Origin: an uncultured Candidatus Peribacteria bacterium | GTDB taxonomy: Bacteria; Patescibacteriota; Gracilibacteria; UBA4473 | NCBI GenBank assembly: GCA_964344775.1 | Contig: CAYFOO010000002.1 | Coordinates: 15-64,014, forward strand | DNA: 64,000 bases | Reading direction: 5' to 3' | Part shown: positions 8,526 through 18,860 of the stretch, piece after piece | How the letters are laid out: each line of letters starts with the position of its first letter | Numbering within the stretch: position 1 is the first letter of the stretch | Notes under the pieces: model-generated | Seen by the model: only the letters and a program-made list of their open reading frames with translations | The model's database searches: none | What the model was told of the DNA's origin: nothing | Program-made: the position numbers and the translations under genes

Positions 8526-10547
8526 TCAAAAATACACCTCCCCACTCTCCACCACCTTCTTCAGCACCGGATATTTTTTGAGCCCCATGTCTTCCTTGAG
8601 AATTCGGATCGCCCAATCTCTCGCCTTACTGATCATCTCGACATCTGTCAGATCCGCACATTTCAGATCTGGGAAACCACTCTGTCTGACACCATACACT
8701 TCTCCCGCACCCCGCAATTTCAAATCCACCTCGGCCAGATACATCCCGTCATTGGATTTTTCCATCGCCTTGAGACGTTCTTTGTGTTTGTCTTCCGTTT
8801 TTCCCGTCATCAGGAAGCAGTAGCTTTGCATGGCATTCCGTCCGATCCTCCCTCGGAACTGATGCAATTGAGCAAGGCCAAATCGTTCGGAATTTTCAAT
8901 CACCATGGCCGTGGCATTCGGGATATCGACCCCGACTTCAATCACCGAAGTGGAAACCAAAATATCAAATTCATGATTGCGAAAGGATTCCATGATGGCC
9001 GATTTTTCTTTTGGTCGTAATTTCCCGTGAAGAAATTGCACTTTTCGATTTGGGAAAATGTCATTGGCGATCCGATCAAATTCTTCTTTTACGTTTTTGG
9101 CCTCGATTTTGTCCGACTCATCGATCAGCGGACAGATCCAGAAAATTTGTCTCCCTTTCTCGATCTGATCATCAATAAACCTGTTGCAAAGGGTTCGCGT
9201 TTTTTCGTCTGCGACCACGCGTGTAATGATCGGTTTTCTGCCGGGAGGCATTTCATCGATCACGGAGAGATCTTGATCCCCATAAATTGTTAACGCCAAG
9301 GTTCGTGGGATGGGAGTGGCAGTCATGGCAAGCACATGAGAATTATTCTCTGCCAAAGTGCTTCGTTGAGCCACTCCAAATCGATGCTGTTCATCAATCA
9401 CAGCTAAACCCAAATTTTGGAAAACCGTATCTTCGGTCAGGATAGCGTGCGTTCCGATGAGTACCTTGATCTGTCCGGTTCGGAGTTTGTTTTTGATTTC
9501 TTCTTTCTTTTTTGCCGTGACGGATCCCGTGAGCAATTCCACGGAGATTTCTGGACCAAAAAATTTCAGTGCTCCTGCAAAATGCTGTGTCGCCAAAATT
9601 TCAGTGGGAGCGAGAAAAGCCGCCTGAAATCCTTTTCTCACTACTTGCATGGCGGCGAGAAAAGCCACAATTGTTTTTCCACTCCCCACATCTCCTTGCA
9701 TGAGTCGGTGCATCGGCTTGGAGGCCTCGAGATCTTTCACGATGTGATGTAGACATTTTTTTTGGGCAGCGGTCAGCTCGAAAGGGACTTTTTTGAGATC
9801 TTCTTTTATTTGTTCCACTTCAAAAGGAATAATAAAAGTGTTTTTCTGATTTTTTTCTCGTGCTATTTTTTCTCGGATCACCCGCATTTGGATCGTAAAA
9901 ATTTCTTCAAATGCCAATCTCCTTTTGGCTTCGTTCCATTCTTTTATGTTTTTTGGATGATGAATCGCTCTGGTAGCCACCGGTTTTGAAAGTAAGTTTT
10001 CTGATTCCAATATTTGAGAAGGAATGGTTTCCGGGAATTCTAGAGCGAGTGGGAGGAGGGGGGTGATCTTGTCTCGAATCCATTTCGAAGTGATGGGGGG
10101 AGATTCTGGATAGATCGCTCGGAGTGCACCGACATGTACGCCTCGATCCAGATGTACTTCTGGATTGAGTATTTGTACCTGGCCATAGTTTCGATCCACT
10201 TTTCCCACCAAAAAAACACGAGCATCATCTCTCAAGTTTTTTAAAACATAAGGAATCTGAAACCACACCACCTCCAAAGAAGTTTGATCATCTAAAAGCA
10301 ACACGGCTTTCCCGAGCACTCTTCCACGAGGAGTTTTTTCTTTCCGAATATCCGTGAGAATTCCAGAAAAAGTATTTTTTTCTCCCAACCGAATACTTTG
10401 AAAATCCGGTACAATTTCTGTCGATTCGATGGCCCGAGGGAAAAATTCTAGGAAATCTTTTACCGAAAAGACGCCTAATTTTTCTATTTTTTTGAAGTGT
10501 GCGGAAGTTGATTTAATCGCGTTTTTAAGCGGCGAATTGAGAGACAT
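8526..10547 (-). CDS. recG: ATP-dependent DNA helicase RecG
   Basis: GDVGSGKT, DEQHRFG and MTATPIPRT helicase motifs, with an N-terminal wedge/OB region. 673 aa. Confidence 0.9.
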   Translation of the reverse strand: MSLNSPLKNAIKSTSAHFKKIEKLGVFSVKDFLEFFPRAIESTEIVPDFQSIRLGEKNTFSGILTDIRKEKTPRGRVLGKAVLLLDDQTSLEVVWFQIPYVLKNLRDDARVFLVGKVDRNYGQVQILNPEVHLDRGVHVGALRAIYPESPPITSKWIRDKITPLLPLALEFPETIPSQILESENLLSKPVATRAIHHPKNIKEWNEAKRRLAFEEIFTIQMRVIREKIAREKNQKNTFIIPFEVEQIKEDLKKVPFELTAAQKKCLHHIVKDLEASKPMHRLMQGDVGSGKTIVAFLAAMQVVRKGFQAAFLAPTEILATQHFAGALKFFGPEISVELLTGSVTAKKKEEIKNKLRTGQIKVLIGTHAILTEDTVFQNLGLAVIDEQHRFGVAQRSTLAENNSHVLAMTATPIPRTLALTIYGDQDLSVIDEMPPGRKPIITRVVADEKTRTLCNRFIDDQIEKGRQIFWICPLIDESDKIEAKNVKEEFDRIANDIFPNRKVQFLHGKLRPKEKSAIMESFRNHEFDILVSTSVIEVGVDIPNATAMVIENSERFGLAQLHQFRGRIGRNAMQSYCFLMTGKTEDKHKERLKAMEKSNDGMYLAEVDLKLRGAGEVYGVRQSGFPDLKCADLTDVEMISKARDWAIRILKEDMGLKKYPVLKKVVESGEVYF

Positions 10548-10690
10548 AGTTTTTTGCGGAAGGAGAAAAAGTAAAAAAAAACTTGCAAAGGTTTTGGTTT
10601 TCCACGAAAATTTACCTACTAGATTTCTTTGCCAAGTTTAATTTAATCATTTAAGCTCAAAGAAACAAAATAAAATTTATTTTTAAAAAA

Positions 10691-11092
10691 ATGAAAAAAT
10701 TCTTTGCTCCCGCTCTCGGAATTCTGGTGGCCGCCCTTTTCTTTGGTCTCGGTCCAGAAGTTATTTTTGCACAGACTCGTCTTATCGACGAAGGGGACAA
10801 CCCATCTGTAATCGGAGAAAGTACTGGTGCTTGGGGAGGATCTCTTCGGTCTGCTTTGCTCACCATCCTTAACTTCTTCCTATTCTTTTTGGGATTGGTA
10901 GCGACTGGATTTATTATCTATGGAGGATTTCTCTACATCACGGCTGCAGGAGACGATGGAAAAGTGGAAAACGCAAAAAAAATTCTCATGTACGCTGTAA
11001 TCGGGATTTTGGTCATCTTGCTCTCATTTGCTCTCGTCAATACTATTATTGGAGCCGGGGCAGGAGAACGTCCAGCTAGTACCGGAGGGTAG
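10691..11092 (+). CDS. TrbC/VirB2-like (T4SS-pilin-type) small membrane protein
   Basis: Signal peptide, then two hydrophobic helices separated by AAGDDGKVENAKK. This architecture is common in CPR pilin-like proteins. Confidence 0.5.
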   Translation: MKKFFAPALGILVAALFFGLGPEVIFAQTRLIDEGDNPSVIGESTGAWGGSLRSALLTILNFFLFFLGLVATGFIIYGGFLYITAAGDDGKVENAKKILMYAVIGILVILLSFALVNTIIGAGAGERPASTGG

Positions 11093-11154
11093 AAAGAAGA
11101 AAATTACAAAAAAACAAAAATACCCTGAACCTTCGGGGTATTTTTTTATAAAAA

Positions 11155-12243
11155 TTATTTTTCCATTGATTTTTGAATTTTTTCTAAAGAAAGCAATCCT
11201 ATCTGTGCTCCAAATTCCCGAGTTACACCTGAAGCATTTATTCCACCCCAGAGTAATTGTTCTTTTGGTTCTTTCCCATGCAAAAGGGCAGCCACCGCTC
11301 CTACAGAAAAAGCATCTCCTGCTCCCAATGTACAGACAGGGGGAATGTCTTGGGTGGGAACAAAGTAGTGTTCATTTTTACTAAAAAATTGTGCCCCCTT
11401 TCTTCCATCGGTAATGAAAACACTTTTAATTCCGGCCGCAATAAATTTTTCTCCAAGTGGCCTGACATCATAAAAGGTATTTGGTGTGTATTCCGAAAAA
11501 GGAACTGGTACTTTTTTGCCCAAAATTTCTGGAGGAGTTTTGTCCGCATCAATTTTTTTCGCAGAAATCCCTGTAAAGGCTTCTGCTTCTTCTCGATTGA
11601 GAATGAGACAATCAACATGTGGAAAAAGATCTTTGAATTTTTCAAAACCAGATTGAAATTGGGTAGATCCGGGATTCCAGGCACAAATTCCTTCGGTTCG
11701 CTCTTTCCAGTGAGGAATTTCAAAAAGTAACGGTTCAGCTGTTTTATATAAATGTCCCACATATATTGCCCGACTTTTCGGAGCATTTGCTAGTGTTTTT
11801 TTTCCAAAATTTTCAGCAATGGATCGCTGGTGAAGCACGGTTCTTTTTCCGCTCGTGGAAGTGAGAATCACAGAAAAACTACATTTCCCTTCTTGAGTAA
11901 TGAGAAAATCGGTAGTGATTTTATGTTTTTTAAAAGTTTCAAAAATAAGATGTGCATTTTCATCTGTCCCAACCACGCCAAAGGGGGCGGCTTCTAATCC
12001 CAGCTCAGAAAATCCTACAGCAGAATTTGCCGCACTCCCTCCGATAGATTGGATGGGGTTTTTTATTTGAATTTTTGCTTCAGCTGGAAGCGTAAAAAAT
12101 CGTTCCGTTTTTTTTTCAGAAACAGGAAGTTTTATTTCTGACATCTCTGGAATGTGCATAAAAAGATCCACCGTGATGGACCCAAAAGTGCAGATGTCGA
12201 AATTTGTAGTCATCGAGGGAAGTATTAAGTAGTAAGTATCCAC
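11155..12243 (-). CDS. PfkB-family carbohydrate kinase
   Basis: GGSAANSA near the N-terminus and TLGAGDAFSVG near the C-terminus. The start may be the internal Met at 12213. Confidence 0.8.
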   Translation of the reverse strand: MDTYYLILPSMTTNFDICTFGSITVDLFMHIPEMSEIKLPVSEKKTERFFTLPAEAKIQIKNPIQSIGGSAANSAVGFSELGLEAAPFGVVGTDENAHLIFETFKKHKITTDFLITQEGKCSFSVILTSTSGKRTVLHQRSIAENFGKKTLANAPKSRAIYVGHLYKTAEPLLFEIPHWKERTEGICAWNPGSTQFQSGFEKFKDLFPHVDCLILNREEAEAFTGISAKKIDADKTPPEILGKKVPVPFSEYTPNTFYDVRPLGEKFIAAGIKSVFITDGRKGAQFFSKNEHYFVPTQDIPPVCTLGAGDAFSVGAVAALLHGKEPKEQLLWGGINASGVTREFGAQIGLLSLEKIQKSMEK

Positions 12244-12719
12244 CTTCGTTTTTTTTTATAGAGTTATAATGGGAACTATGGCGGACAGGTCAAGGGTTTT
12301 TGGAGAAGGAAGAAGATTTTTTTCACAAGTTCAGAAAGATTTAATACAAATTACGATACAATTTTTACACAAAAAGGCAAGCGAAAATAGCATAAAAAAG
12401 GGCTAAATTCTGTAACAAATAGATGATTATTTTCGTTTTAGACAACGATATTTTATGGCTGGTTCCCAAAGGTTGACTTTGGGGGCTCGGACGATAAAGT
12501 ATCTTGGATCTTTTACATCACGGAAAAACCCCATAAAACAAACAACGGGAAATGGATCAAAGAATGGGAAGAAACATGAATTGTAAAATTTCAATCAGTA
12601 GCTTATCGCTACGAATTAGACATTGAGTTAATCAATTTCTCTATAACAAACAGCCACTGGCTGTTAAAAATTTGAAAATTTTTTATTTCTTAACTTTTAA
12701 GACTATGGAATCCATTAAA

Positions 12720-15700
12720 ATGATTCGAAAAGGTCTTGCTTCGCTCACTTTAGTAGCATTTGGAGTAGCTTTCTTGGCAGCTCCTGCTCAAGCGCAGCTT
12801 GACTTCACGGATGCTATGGAAATTCCTTCTTGGGCTGAAGAAGCTATTGAAGAGCTTATGGACCAAGGAGTTATCAGTGGGAACGATGATGGATCTTTTG
12901 CTCCAAACCGACAATTGAACCGAGCAGAAGTTTCAAAAATTATCGTTTTGTCTTCAGGTGTTGAATTAGATGACACAGGAGGACCTCACTTCCCAGACGT
13001 TGACCCAGGTGCTTGGTACTACGACTACATTGAAACAATGTACAACCAAGGATGGATTAACGGGTATCCAGACGGTTACTTCCGACCTGCTGTTGGAATT
13101 AACCGAGCAGAAATTGCTAAAATGGTTGTAAACGCTTTCGAAATTGACCAAGACCTTTTTGGTGCTCCTCACTTCGATGATGTAGGAGAATCAGACTGGT
13201 TCTACGGTTATGTAGAAACTGCTTACAATAACGGACTTATGCGAGGGTACGGAGATGGTTCTTTTGGACCAGCTAACGCTGTGACTCGTGCTGAGACCAC
13301 AAAAATTGTTTACGACTCTCAATTGGTTGTATCAGAACCAGAAGGACCAGCAGAAGGAACTCTTGAGGTAGTACTCTCTGATGACACTCCTCGAGGAACC
13401 AATGTTCCTTACAACGCTACTTCTGTTCCGTACACGACTGTTGAACTTACCGCTTCTGACGACAGTGACATCGAAGTTTCTTCTTTGACTTTCACTCGTC
13501 TTGGACTTGGTGACAATGACGATTTTGACAATGTTTGGCTTGAAATTGACGGATTTAAAATCGGAAACGATAAATCCATCAATAATGACGACGTTGTTGA
13601 GCTTCGATTTAACCCACCTATCGTAGTGCCAGCTGGACAAACTCTTGTGGCTGATGTAGTGACTTCTGCGAAGTACACATCAAGCGACAAAAACATCGGG
13701 CATCACAATCGATTGGCTGTAGTTTCTGCTGACGATCTTGTATCTACTGCAGCAAACATTGTGGGAGACTTCCCAATTGAAGGGGAAGAAATGGAAGTAG
13801 CTGACTACGAAGTTTCTAGTGTTCAATTCTCAATTTTGGGATCAGACACTACTGTTGATGTAGGAGATAATTTTATTGAGGTTGGTAAATTCCGATTGCT
13901 CAATCAATCAACTTCTAACAAAGACATCGAACTTCGAGCCATTACTTTCAAAAACACTGGTACAGCAGAAATTCAAGACAATCTTGAAAACGTAGCGGTC
14001 TATGTTTCTGGAGAACAAGTTTCTGCTGAAACTATCGTTGACGGAGATTACCTTACTTTCCGACTTGATAACGGAGTAACAGGAGGTTACATCCTAGAAG
14101 ACGGAGACTCAAAAATCTTCTCTATCCGAGCAGACGTTGTTTCTGCTGAAGCTTCTGACACACTTACTTTGAAAATCGACAACTTCGAAGACATCGTGGG
14201 TGTAGAAATTGGAACTTCATTTGGAATCAAAGCTCTCTATGGTTCTGGATCTAGTGACTCAAGCTGTACTTCAGGAACTTCTAATGCAGAAGATGCTTGT
14301 GCTACTTTAAAAACTTACACCATTGATTCAGGAGATTTGAACATTTCTCGAGACCCTGCGTCTCTTGGAAATCAAACTTATGCTCCAGGATCTAACGATG
14401 TAGTGTTCTTGACTGCACGAGTTGTAGTTGATCAACCATTGATTGTTGACGGACTACGTGTAGATGTGGCTACAGGTACCGATCTTACTGATGCAGACAC
14501 ACTTGCAGAGTTGAATCTTAATTTCGACAACTTCCGATTTTATCTCAACGATCGATTGATCGATGCAGAAAATGATTTCACTGACGGAGGAACTATGTTG
14601 ACTTCTTACTTGAACTTCAACACTACCTTCGAAATTGCTGGAACATCTATCATCAAAATCGTTGGTAACATTGCTGACGCAGCTTCTGCTGGCGACACAG
14701 TAAAACTAGAAATTATCGGAAATACTAGTACAGTTGATGCTTTTGCTTCACCAGAGTATATTTCTACTGGAGACTCTGTTTCTGACAGCGAAGTACTTGG
14801 TTCTGCTCAAGGATCATTTGTAGAAGTACAAGCTTCTACGCTTACTATCACCAAAACAGATGGTCTCTCTGACGGAGACAAAATCGTAGCTGGTGTGGAT
14901 GATGTAGAATTCTTGAAATTCGTACTCGACAACAATGATTCAGGAGACGTAAACATTACTTCTGCTACTATTGCTGCAGACACTGCGGTAAACACTAACA
15001 ATGCTGGTGTTGGAGTTTCTGGAAGTACTCGAACGTACACCAACTTCACTATGGCTATGTTCGTTGATGGAACACAACAAGGATCTGCGAAAAACTTATC
15101 TTCTACTGGAGGTGCAACTTTCAACGATCTTTCTGTGATCATCCCATCTGCTGGGCAAAAAGAATTCACAGTTGTAGTTGATACGATCGAAGCTTCTGCT
15201 ACGGCTATCTCTACTACTCCATTGGCTGGACAAAACGAAACAGCTCTTGGTAGTACCGCTGATGTGGATGTTGCTTCTACTACAGGAATGACTGTAGGAG
15301 ATTTGATCATTTGGGATAACTCTGGAACAGACATTGTTCGAGCCATTACAGCGGTTACTGATTCTGACTCTCTTGCTTTGGACTCAGATCTAGGAGCAAA
15401 TATAGCTGATGGATCATCAGTATCTATCCGACATCAGTTGAAACTGACCGTTACTGGAATAGATGCAGACAATGTAGAAAACGGACAAACTGTAACGGTA
15501 AACGAAGGTGGAGCTGCTCTTTCTACATCAAATGTACTTGCTGGTGTGAACTTCGAACTTGTTAGTTCTGGTAGTCTTACTACCTCTATCGGATCTACTG
15601 TTTACTCAGACATCTTGGTTGCTAACCAATCAAATGTGGAAGTAATGAAAATCCGATTCAACGGAGCTGATGACGAAGTACAAATCAAAGACATCTACCT

Positions 15701-16916
15701 CGAAAACGATGTAGATGGAAATGGTACAGCAGACAACACTTCTGCTGGAGATCGTTTGAGTTTCAAGCTTTACAACGAAGCTGGGCAACTCGTTCAAGAA
15801 AAACAAATGACTTCTGGATCAATCCAATTCGAACTAGCAAACCAAGATCGAATCCGTGTGCCAAAAGATGATTCTACTTACGTAACGGTTAAGGTTGATG
15901 TACGAGACATCACAAAAGCAAATCAAACTGGACAACGACTCTTACTTGCTCTCGATGCAGACAATACAACGCACCGAGGACTCGAGGCAGTAACTGCTGC
16001 TACTGGATCTGACATTTCTGTTCCAAGTGCTTCTCCATATTGGGGAGATGCTGTAGGGCAAAACTTTGTTGCCTACCGAACAGAAATGGCCTTCAAGCAC
16101 GCTACCAACCAACCATCATTCTCTGATCCATCTAGTGCTTCTCAAGAACTTTACCGATTTACTGTGACAGCCGACTCAGGTCGACAAGCAGAACTCGGAC
16201 GAGTAACTCTTGACGCAGCACTCTCTGGAATGCAGTTTTCACCAACTGGAATCACTGGATCTGGAGTATTGGTTAACGCTGGTAACACAGCTATTGGATC
16301 AACTGCACTTACAGTTGATACAGTGGATGCTACTACCGTACTCGGAGTAGGAGACCTTATCGCAATCGGATCTGACACCATTACTACGGTTACTGCCGTA
16401 GGAAGTGCCACTTCTGTGACGGTTACAGCGCTTACCACAGCAATTGCTGATAATGAGGAATATACAGTGCTTGTAGACGCAAGTAACGTGGCTAACGTGC
16501 CATTGATCAAACAAGTAAAATCTGACGGAACAATCGATGATTCTGCCGTAGTACTAGACCGAATGGTTCTAAGTGCTGGTTCAGAAACAGCCGTACGAAT
16601 CCTCGGAGACTTTACTGGTCAACAGCTTGCTGCTGGAGAATCTCGAACTTACGCACTCTTCTTGCCTGCGACAGCCCAATCAGGATCTGAAGCAGACGAT
16701 GATGCAGTGTCTATATCTTTCGTTCGTGATACTTCATACGCAGCAGCCGCTGCCCGAGATACGGATGGAGACAATACGTATGACAACGGATCAGATCAAA
16801 CTGGTAACATGATCTGGTCAGACGAATCTTCAACCGCTCACTCTGACACTACGTCAGACTGGCTAAACGGATATCTGCTTGACGTTGACACTACTGCCAA
16901 AGTTAACGCAGACTAG
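12720..16916 (+). CDS. large SLH-domain surface (S-layer-type) protein
   Basis: Signal peptide MIRKGLASLTLVAFGVAFLAAPAQA. Three SLH-like repeats (WAEEAIEELMDQGVISG, WYYDYIETMYNQGWINGY, WFYGYVETAYNNGLMRGY), then more than 1100 aa that are T/S/D/V/G-rich. The ORF is open from 12672 (TTG); alternative ATG at 12705. Confidence 0.85.
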   Translation: MIRKGLASLTLVAFGVAFLAAPAQAQLDFTDAMEIPSWAEEAIEELMDQGVISGNDDGSFAPNRQLNRAEVSKIIVLSSGVELDDTGGPHFPDVDPGAWYYDYIETMYNQGWINGYPDGYFRPAVGINRAEIAKMVVNAFEIDQDLFGAPHFDDVGESDWFYGYVETAYNNGLMRGYGDGSFGPANAVTRAETTKIVYDSQLVVSEPEGPAEGTLEVVLSDDTPRGTNVPYNATSVPYTTVELTASDDSDIEVSSLTFTRLGLGDNDDFDNVWLEIDGFKIGNDKSINNDDVVELRFNPPIVVPAGQTLVADVVTSAKYTSSDKNIGHHNRLAVVSADDLVSTAANIVGDFPIEGEEMEVADYEVSSVQFSILGSDTTVDVGDNFIEVGKFRLLNQSTSNKDIELRAITFKNTGTAEIQDNLENVAVYVSGEQVSAETIVDGDYLTFRLDNGVTGGYILEDGDSKIFSIRADVVSAEASDTLTLKIDNFEDIVGVEIGTSFGIKALYGSGSSDSSCTSGTSNAEDACATLKTYTIDSGDLNISRDPASLGNQTYAPGSNDVVFLTARVVVDQPLIVDGLRVDVATGTDLTDADTLAELNLNFDNFRFYLNDRLIDAENDFTDGGTMLTSYLNFNTTFEIAGTSIIKIVGNIADAASAGDTVKLEIIGNTSTVDAFASPEYISTGDSVSDSEVLGSAQGSFVEVQASTLTITKTDGLSDGDKIVAGVDDVEFLKFVLDNNDSGDVNITSATIAADTAVNTNNAGVGVSGSTRTYTNFTMAMFVDGTQQGSAKNLSSTGGATFNDLSVIIPSAGQKEFTVVVDTIEASATAISTTPLAGQNETALGSTADVDVASTTGMTVGDLIIWDNSGTDIVRAITAVTDSDSLALDSDLGANIADGSSVSIRHQLKLTVTGIDADNVENGQTVTVNEGGAALSTSNVLAGVNFELVSSGSLTTSIGSTVYSDILVANQSNVEVMKIRFNGADDEVQIKDIYLENDVDGNGTADNTSAGDRLSFKLYNEAGQLVQEKQMTSGSIQFELANQDRIRVPKDDSTYVTVKVDVRDITKANQTGQRLLLALDADNTTHRGLEAVTAATGSDISVPSASPYWGDAVGQNFVAYRTEMAFKHATNQPSFSDPSSASQELYRFTVTADSGRQAELGRVTLDAALSGMQFSPTGITGSGVLVNAGNTAIGSTALTVDTVDATTVLGVGDLIAIGSDTITTVTAVGSATSVTVTALTTAIADNEEYTVLVDASNVANVPLIKQVKSDGTIDDSAVVLDRMVLSAGSETAVRILGDFTGQQLAAGESRTYALFLPATAQSGSEADDDAVSISFVRDTSYAAAAARDTDGDNTYDNGSDQTGNMIWSDESSTAHSDTTSDWLNGYLLDVDTTAKVNAD

Positions 16917-16987
16917 TTAACAAATAAATCTCTCCTCTCGATATTTCGAGACTTGGGAGAACAAATAAGTTAACTTAAAGCGAAACT

Positions 16988-17016
16988 CCCACTGGATATT
17001 CCAGTGGGGGTTTTTG
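16988..17016 (+). terminator. rho-independent terminator after the S-layer gene
   Basis: cccactgg-atatt-ccagtggg followed by ggttttt. Confidence 0.75.
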
Positions 17017-17035
17017 CTATGATTACACCCCAGGG

Positions 17036-17055
17036 AGACGCAAAACCTTGCGTCT
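17036..17055. repeat. REP-like hairpin agacgcaaaaccttgcgtct
   Basis: Imperfect copy of the palindrome found inside the RAYT gene. Lies 34 nt upstream of the RAYT start. Confidence 0.6.
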
Positions 17056-17088
17056 TTACCTTTATCACAAAAGAGATACGATCCGGAT

Positions 17089-17700
17089 ATGTCAGGCGAA
17101 GAACCGTCATTATTTCGGAATAAATACAGAATCAAATCAGCCAAATGTCCTGATTGGGATTATTCTTCGGATGGGGCGTATTTTGTGACTATTTGCACCC
17201 AAGGTCGGGAGGAATTTTTTGGCGATATGGTGGATGGAAAAATGATGTTGTCAAAAATTGGACAGGTGGCCGATAAATTTTGGACACAAATTCCAGAACA
17301 TTTTCCATTTGTGGTTTTGGATGAATACATTGTTATGCCGAACCATGTGCATGGGATATTGTTTATTGAAAAAAACGATGTTGATTGTGGTCCGGTTGTA
17401 GAGACGCAAAATTTTGCGTCTCTACAAATGCAGGGAAAAACGCAGGGGATAAAAAATAAAAAATGGAAACCAAATAAATTTGGTCCACAATCAAAAAATC
17501 TGGCATCTATAATTCGTGGATTTAAGGTCGGGGTCAAAAAATACGCCACCACGAACGAAATTGATTTTTCCTGGCAACCACGATTTCACGATCGGATCGT
17601 CCGCGATGAAAATGAATTAAACAGAATTCGCCAATATATCATCGACAATCCAACAAATTGGCAAAAAGACAGAAACAATCTTGAAAATTTATTCCTGTAA
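17089..17700 (+). mobile_element. REP-associated tyrosine transposase (RAYT / IS200-like Y1 transposase family)
   Basis: HUH motif PNHVHGILFI. FGPQSKNLASIIRGFK..WQPRFHDRIVRDE..IRQYIIDNPTNW, typical of the family. No IS ends or second ORF seen. Confidence 0.75.
17398..17425. repeat. 28-nt perfect palindrome GTAGAGACGCAAAATTTTGCGTCTCTAC inside the RAYT CDS
   Basis: 14+14 nt perfect arms, read in frame as VETQNFASL. GTAG/CTAC termini as in classical REPs. Confidence 0.8.
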
Positions 17701-17716
17701 TTTAAGGTACGTCTCC

Positions 17717-18820
17717 ATGAATGATTCAAATTTAAAGTACATTTTAGCCCTTCATCGGGTAATGAATCTCACTTTCCTGCGATATACGAAACTGAAGCAT
17801 TTTTTTCAGGGAGATTGGAAAAAAGCTTTTCAAGCAAATATTTCAGACTTACAAGAAGCAGGAGTTGATGGGAAGGGCATTGAAAACTTTTTAACCGGGA
17901 AAGAAAAGATATCTCCAGATCAAGAATTGGAACAGATTGAAAAATATGAAGTGAAAGTTTTATTGTACGGAGAAAAAGGCTACCCAGCCCCCTTAGAAAA
18001 CATTTCTACCTCTCCAGCTATTTTATTTTGTCGTGGTGAAATAAAAGAAATAGACTTCCCCTCGATTTCTGTCGTTGGGTCTCGAAAAATGTCTTCGTAT
18101 GGACAGAGAGCAATCGAAAAAATTGTGGGCGAAATTGCTGAAGCAGGAATTACCATTGTTTCTGGATTGGCCATGGGGGTAGATGGAGAAGCACACAAAA
18201 TTGCTCTAAAAAAAGGAGCCAGAACTATTGCGGTACTAGGAAGTGCGATTGACGAGATCTATCCCCGGCAAAATTTCGCCTTGGCTGAAAAGATTTTAAT
18301 GGAAAATCAGGGAGCCATCATTTCAGAATATTTACCAGGAACTGAATCTCAGCCTGCCTTTTTTCCTATTCGCAATCGAATTATTGCCGGACTTTCCAAG
18401 GCCACCATTATTATCGAAGCGGCAGAAGAGTCTGGTAGCTTGATTACGGCCCAGATGGCCAATGACCAGGGGCGGGATGTTTTTGCGGTACCAGGAGAAA
18501 TATTCCTTCCCAATTCCGCCGGGACCAATCAGATTATCTTGGATGGAACCGCCAATCCGGCCCTGTCTGGTGTTCAGATCCTTGAAGATTTGGGAATGGG
18601 AGAGGTTTCAGCACAAAAACAGGCAAAATTAGAAATCCCAGAGATGGGGATTGAGGCAGAAATTCTCAAACTGTTTGCCGAAGGAGAAAAAGTTCATTTG
18701 GACGATTTGATGCGGACTTCAGAGTTGCCAAATGCGACCGTGAGTTCCAATATTTTGATTCTCGAGGTAAAAGGGTTGGTGAAAAATTTGGGGAATCAGG
18801 TGTATGCGAGAAATTATTGA
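17717..18820 (+). CDS. dprA: DNA-processing protein DprA (Smf)
   Basis: VVGSRKMSSYG, GLAMGVDGEAH and FPIRNRIIAGL motifs. ATG at 17717 preferred. Confidence 0.85.
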   Translation: MNDSNLKYILALHRVMNLTFLRYTKLKHFFQGDWKKAFQANISDLQEAGVDGKGIENFLTGKEKISPDQELEQIEKYEVKVLLYGEKGYPAPLENISTSPAILFCRGEIKEIDFPSISVVGSRKMSSYGQRAIEKIVGEIAEAGITIVSGLAMGVDGEAHKIALKKGARTIAVLGSAIDEIYPRQNFALAEKILMENQGAIISEYLPGTESQPAFFPIRNRIIAGLSKATIIIEAAEESGSLITAQMANDQGRDVFAVPGEIFLPNSAGTNQIILDGTANPALSGVQILEDLGMGEVSAQKQAKLEIPEMGIEAEILKLFAEGEKVHLDDLMRTSELPNATVSSNILILEVKGLVKNLGNQVYARNY

Positions 18821-18860
18821 TTTTTAGAACTTAGTTGGTAGAACTTAGAGCTTAGAAATA

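Noticed and set aside
12788-16812. Antisense and alternative-frame ORFs inside the SLH gene (e.g. 14807..15346, 16151..16510, 13332..13640)
   Set aside because: They are embedded in a 4.2-kb ORF with clear SLH domains. Their low-complexity S/T/V-rich translations are typical of shadow ORFs.
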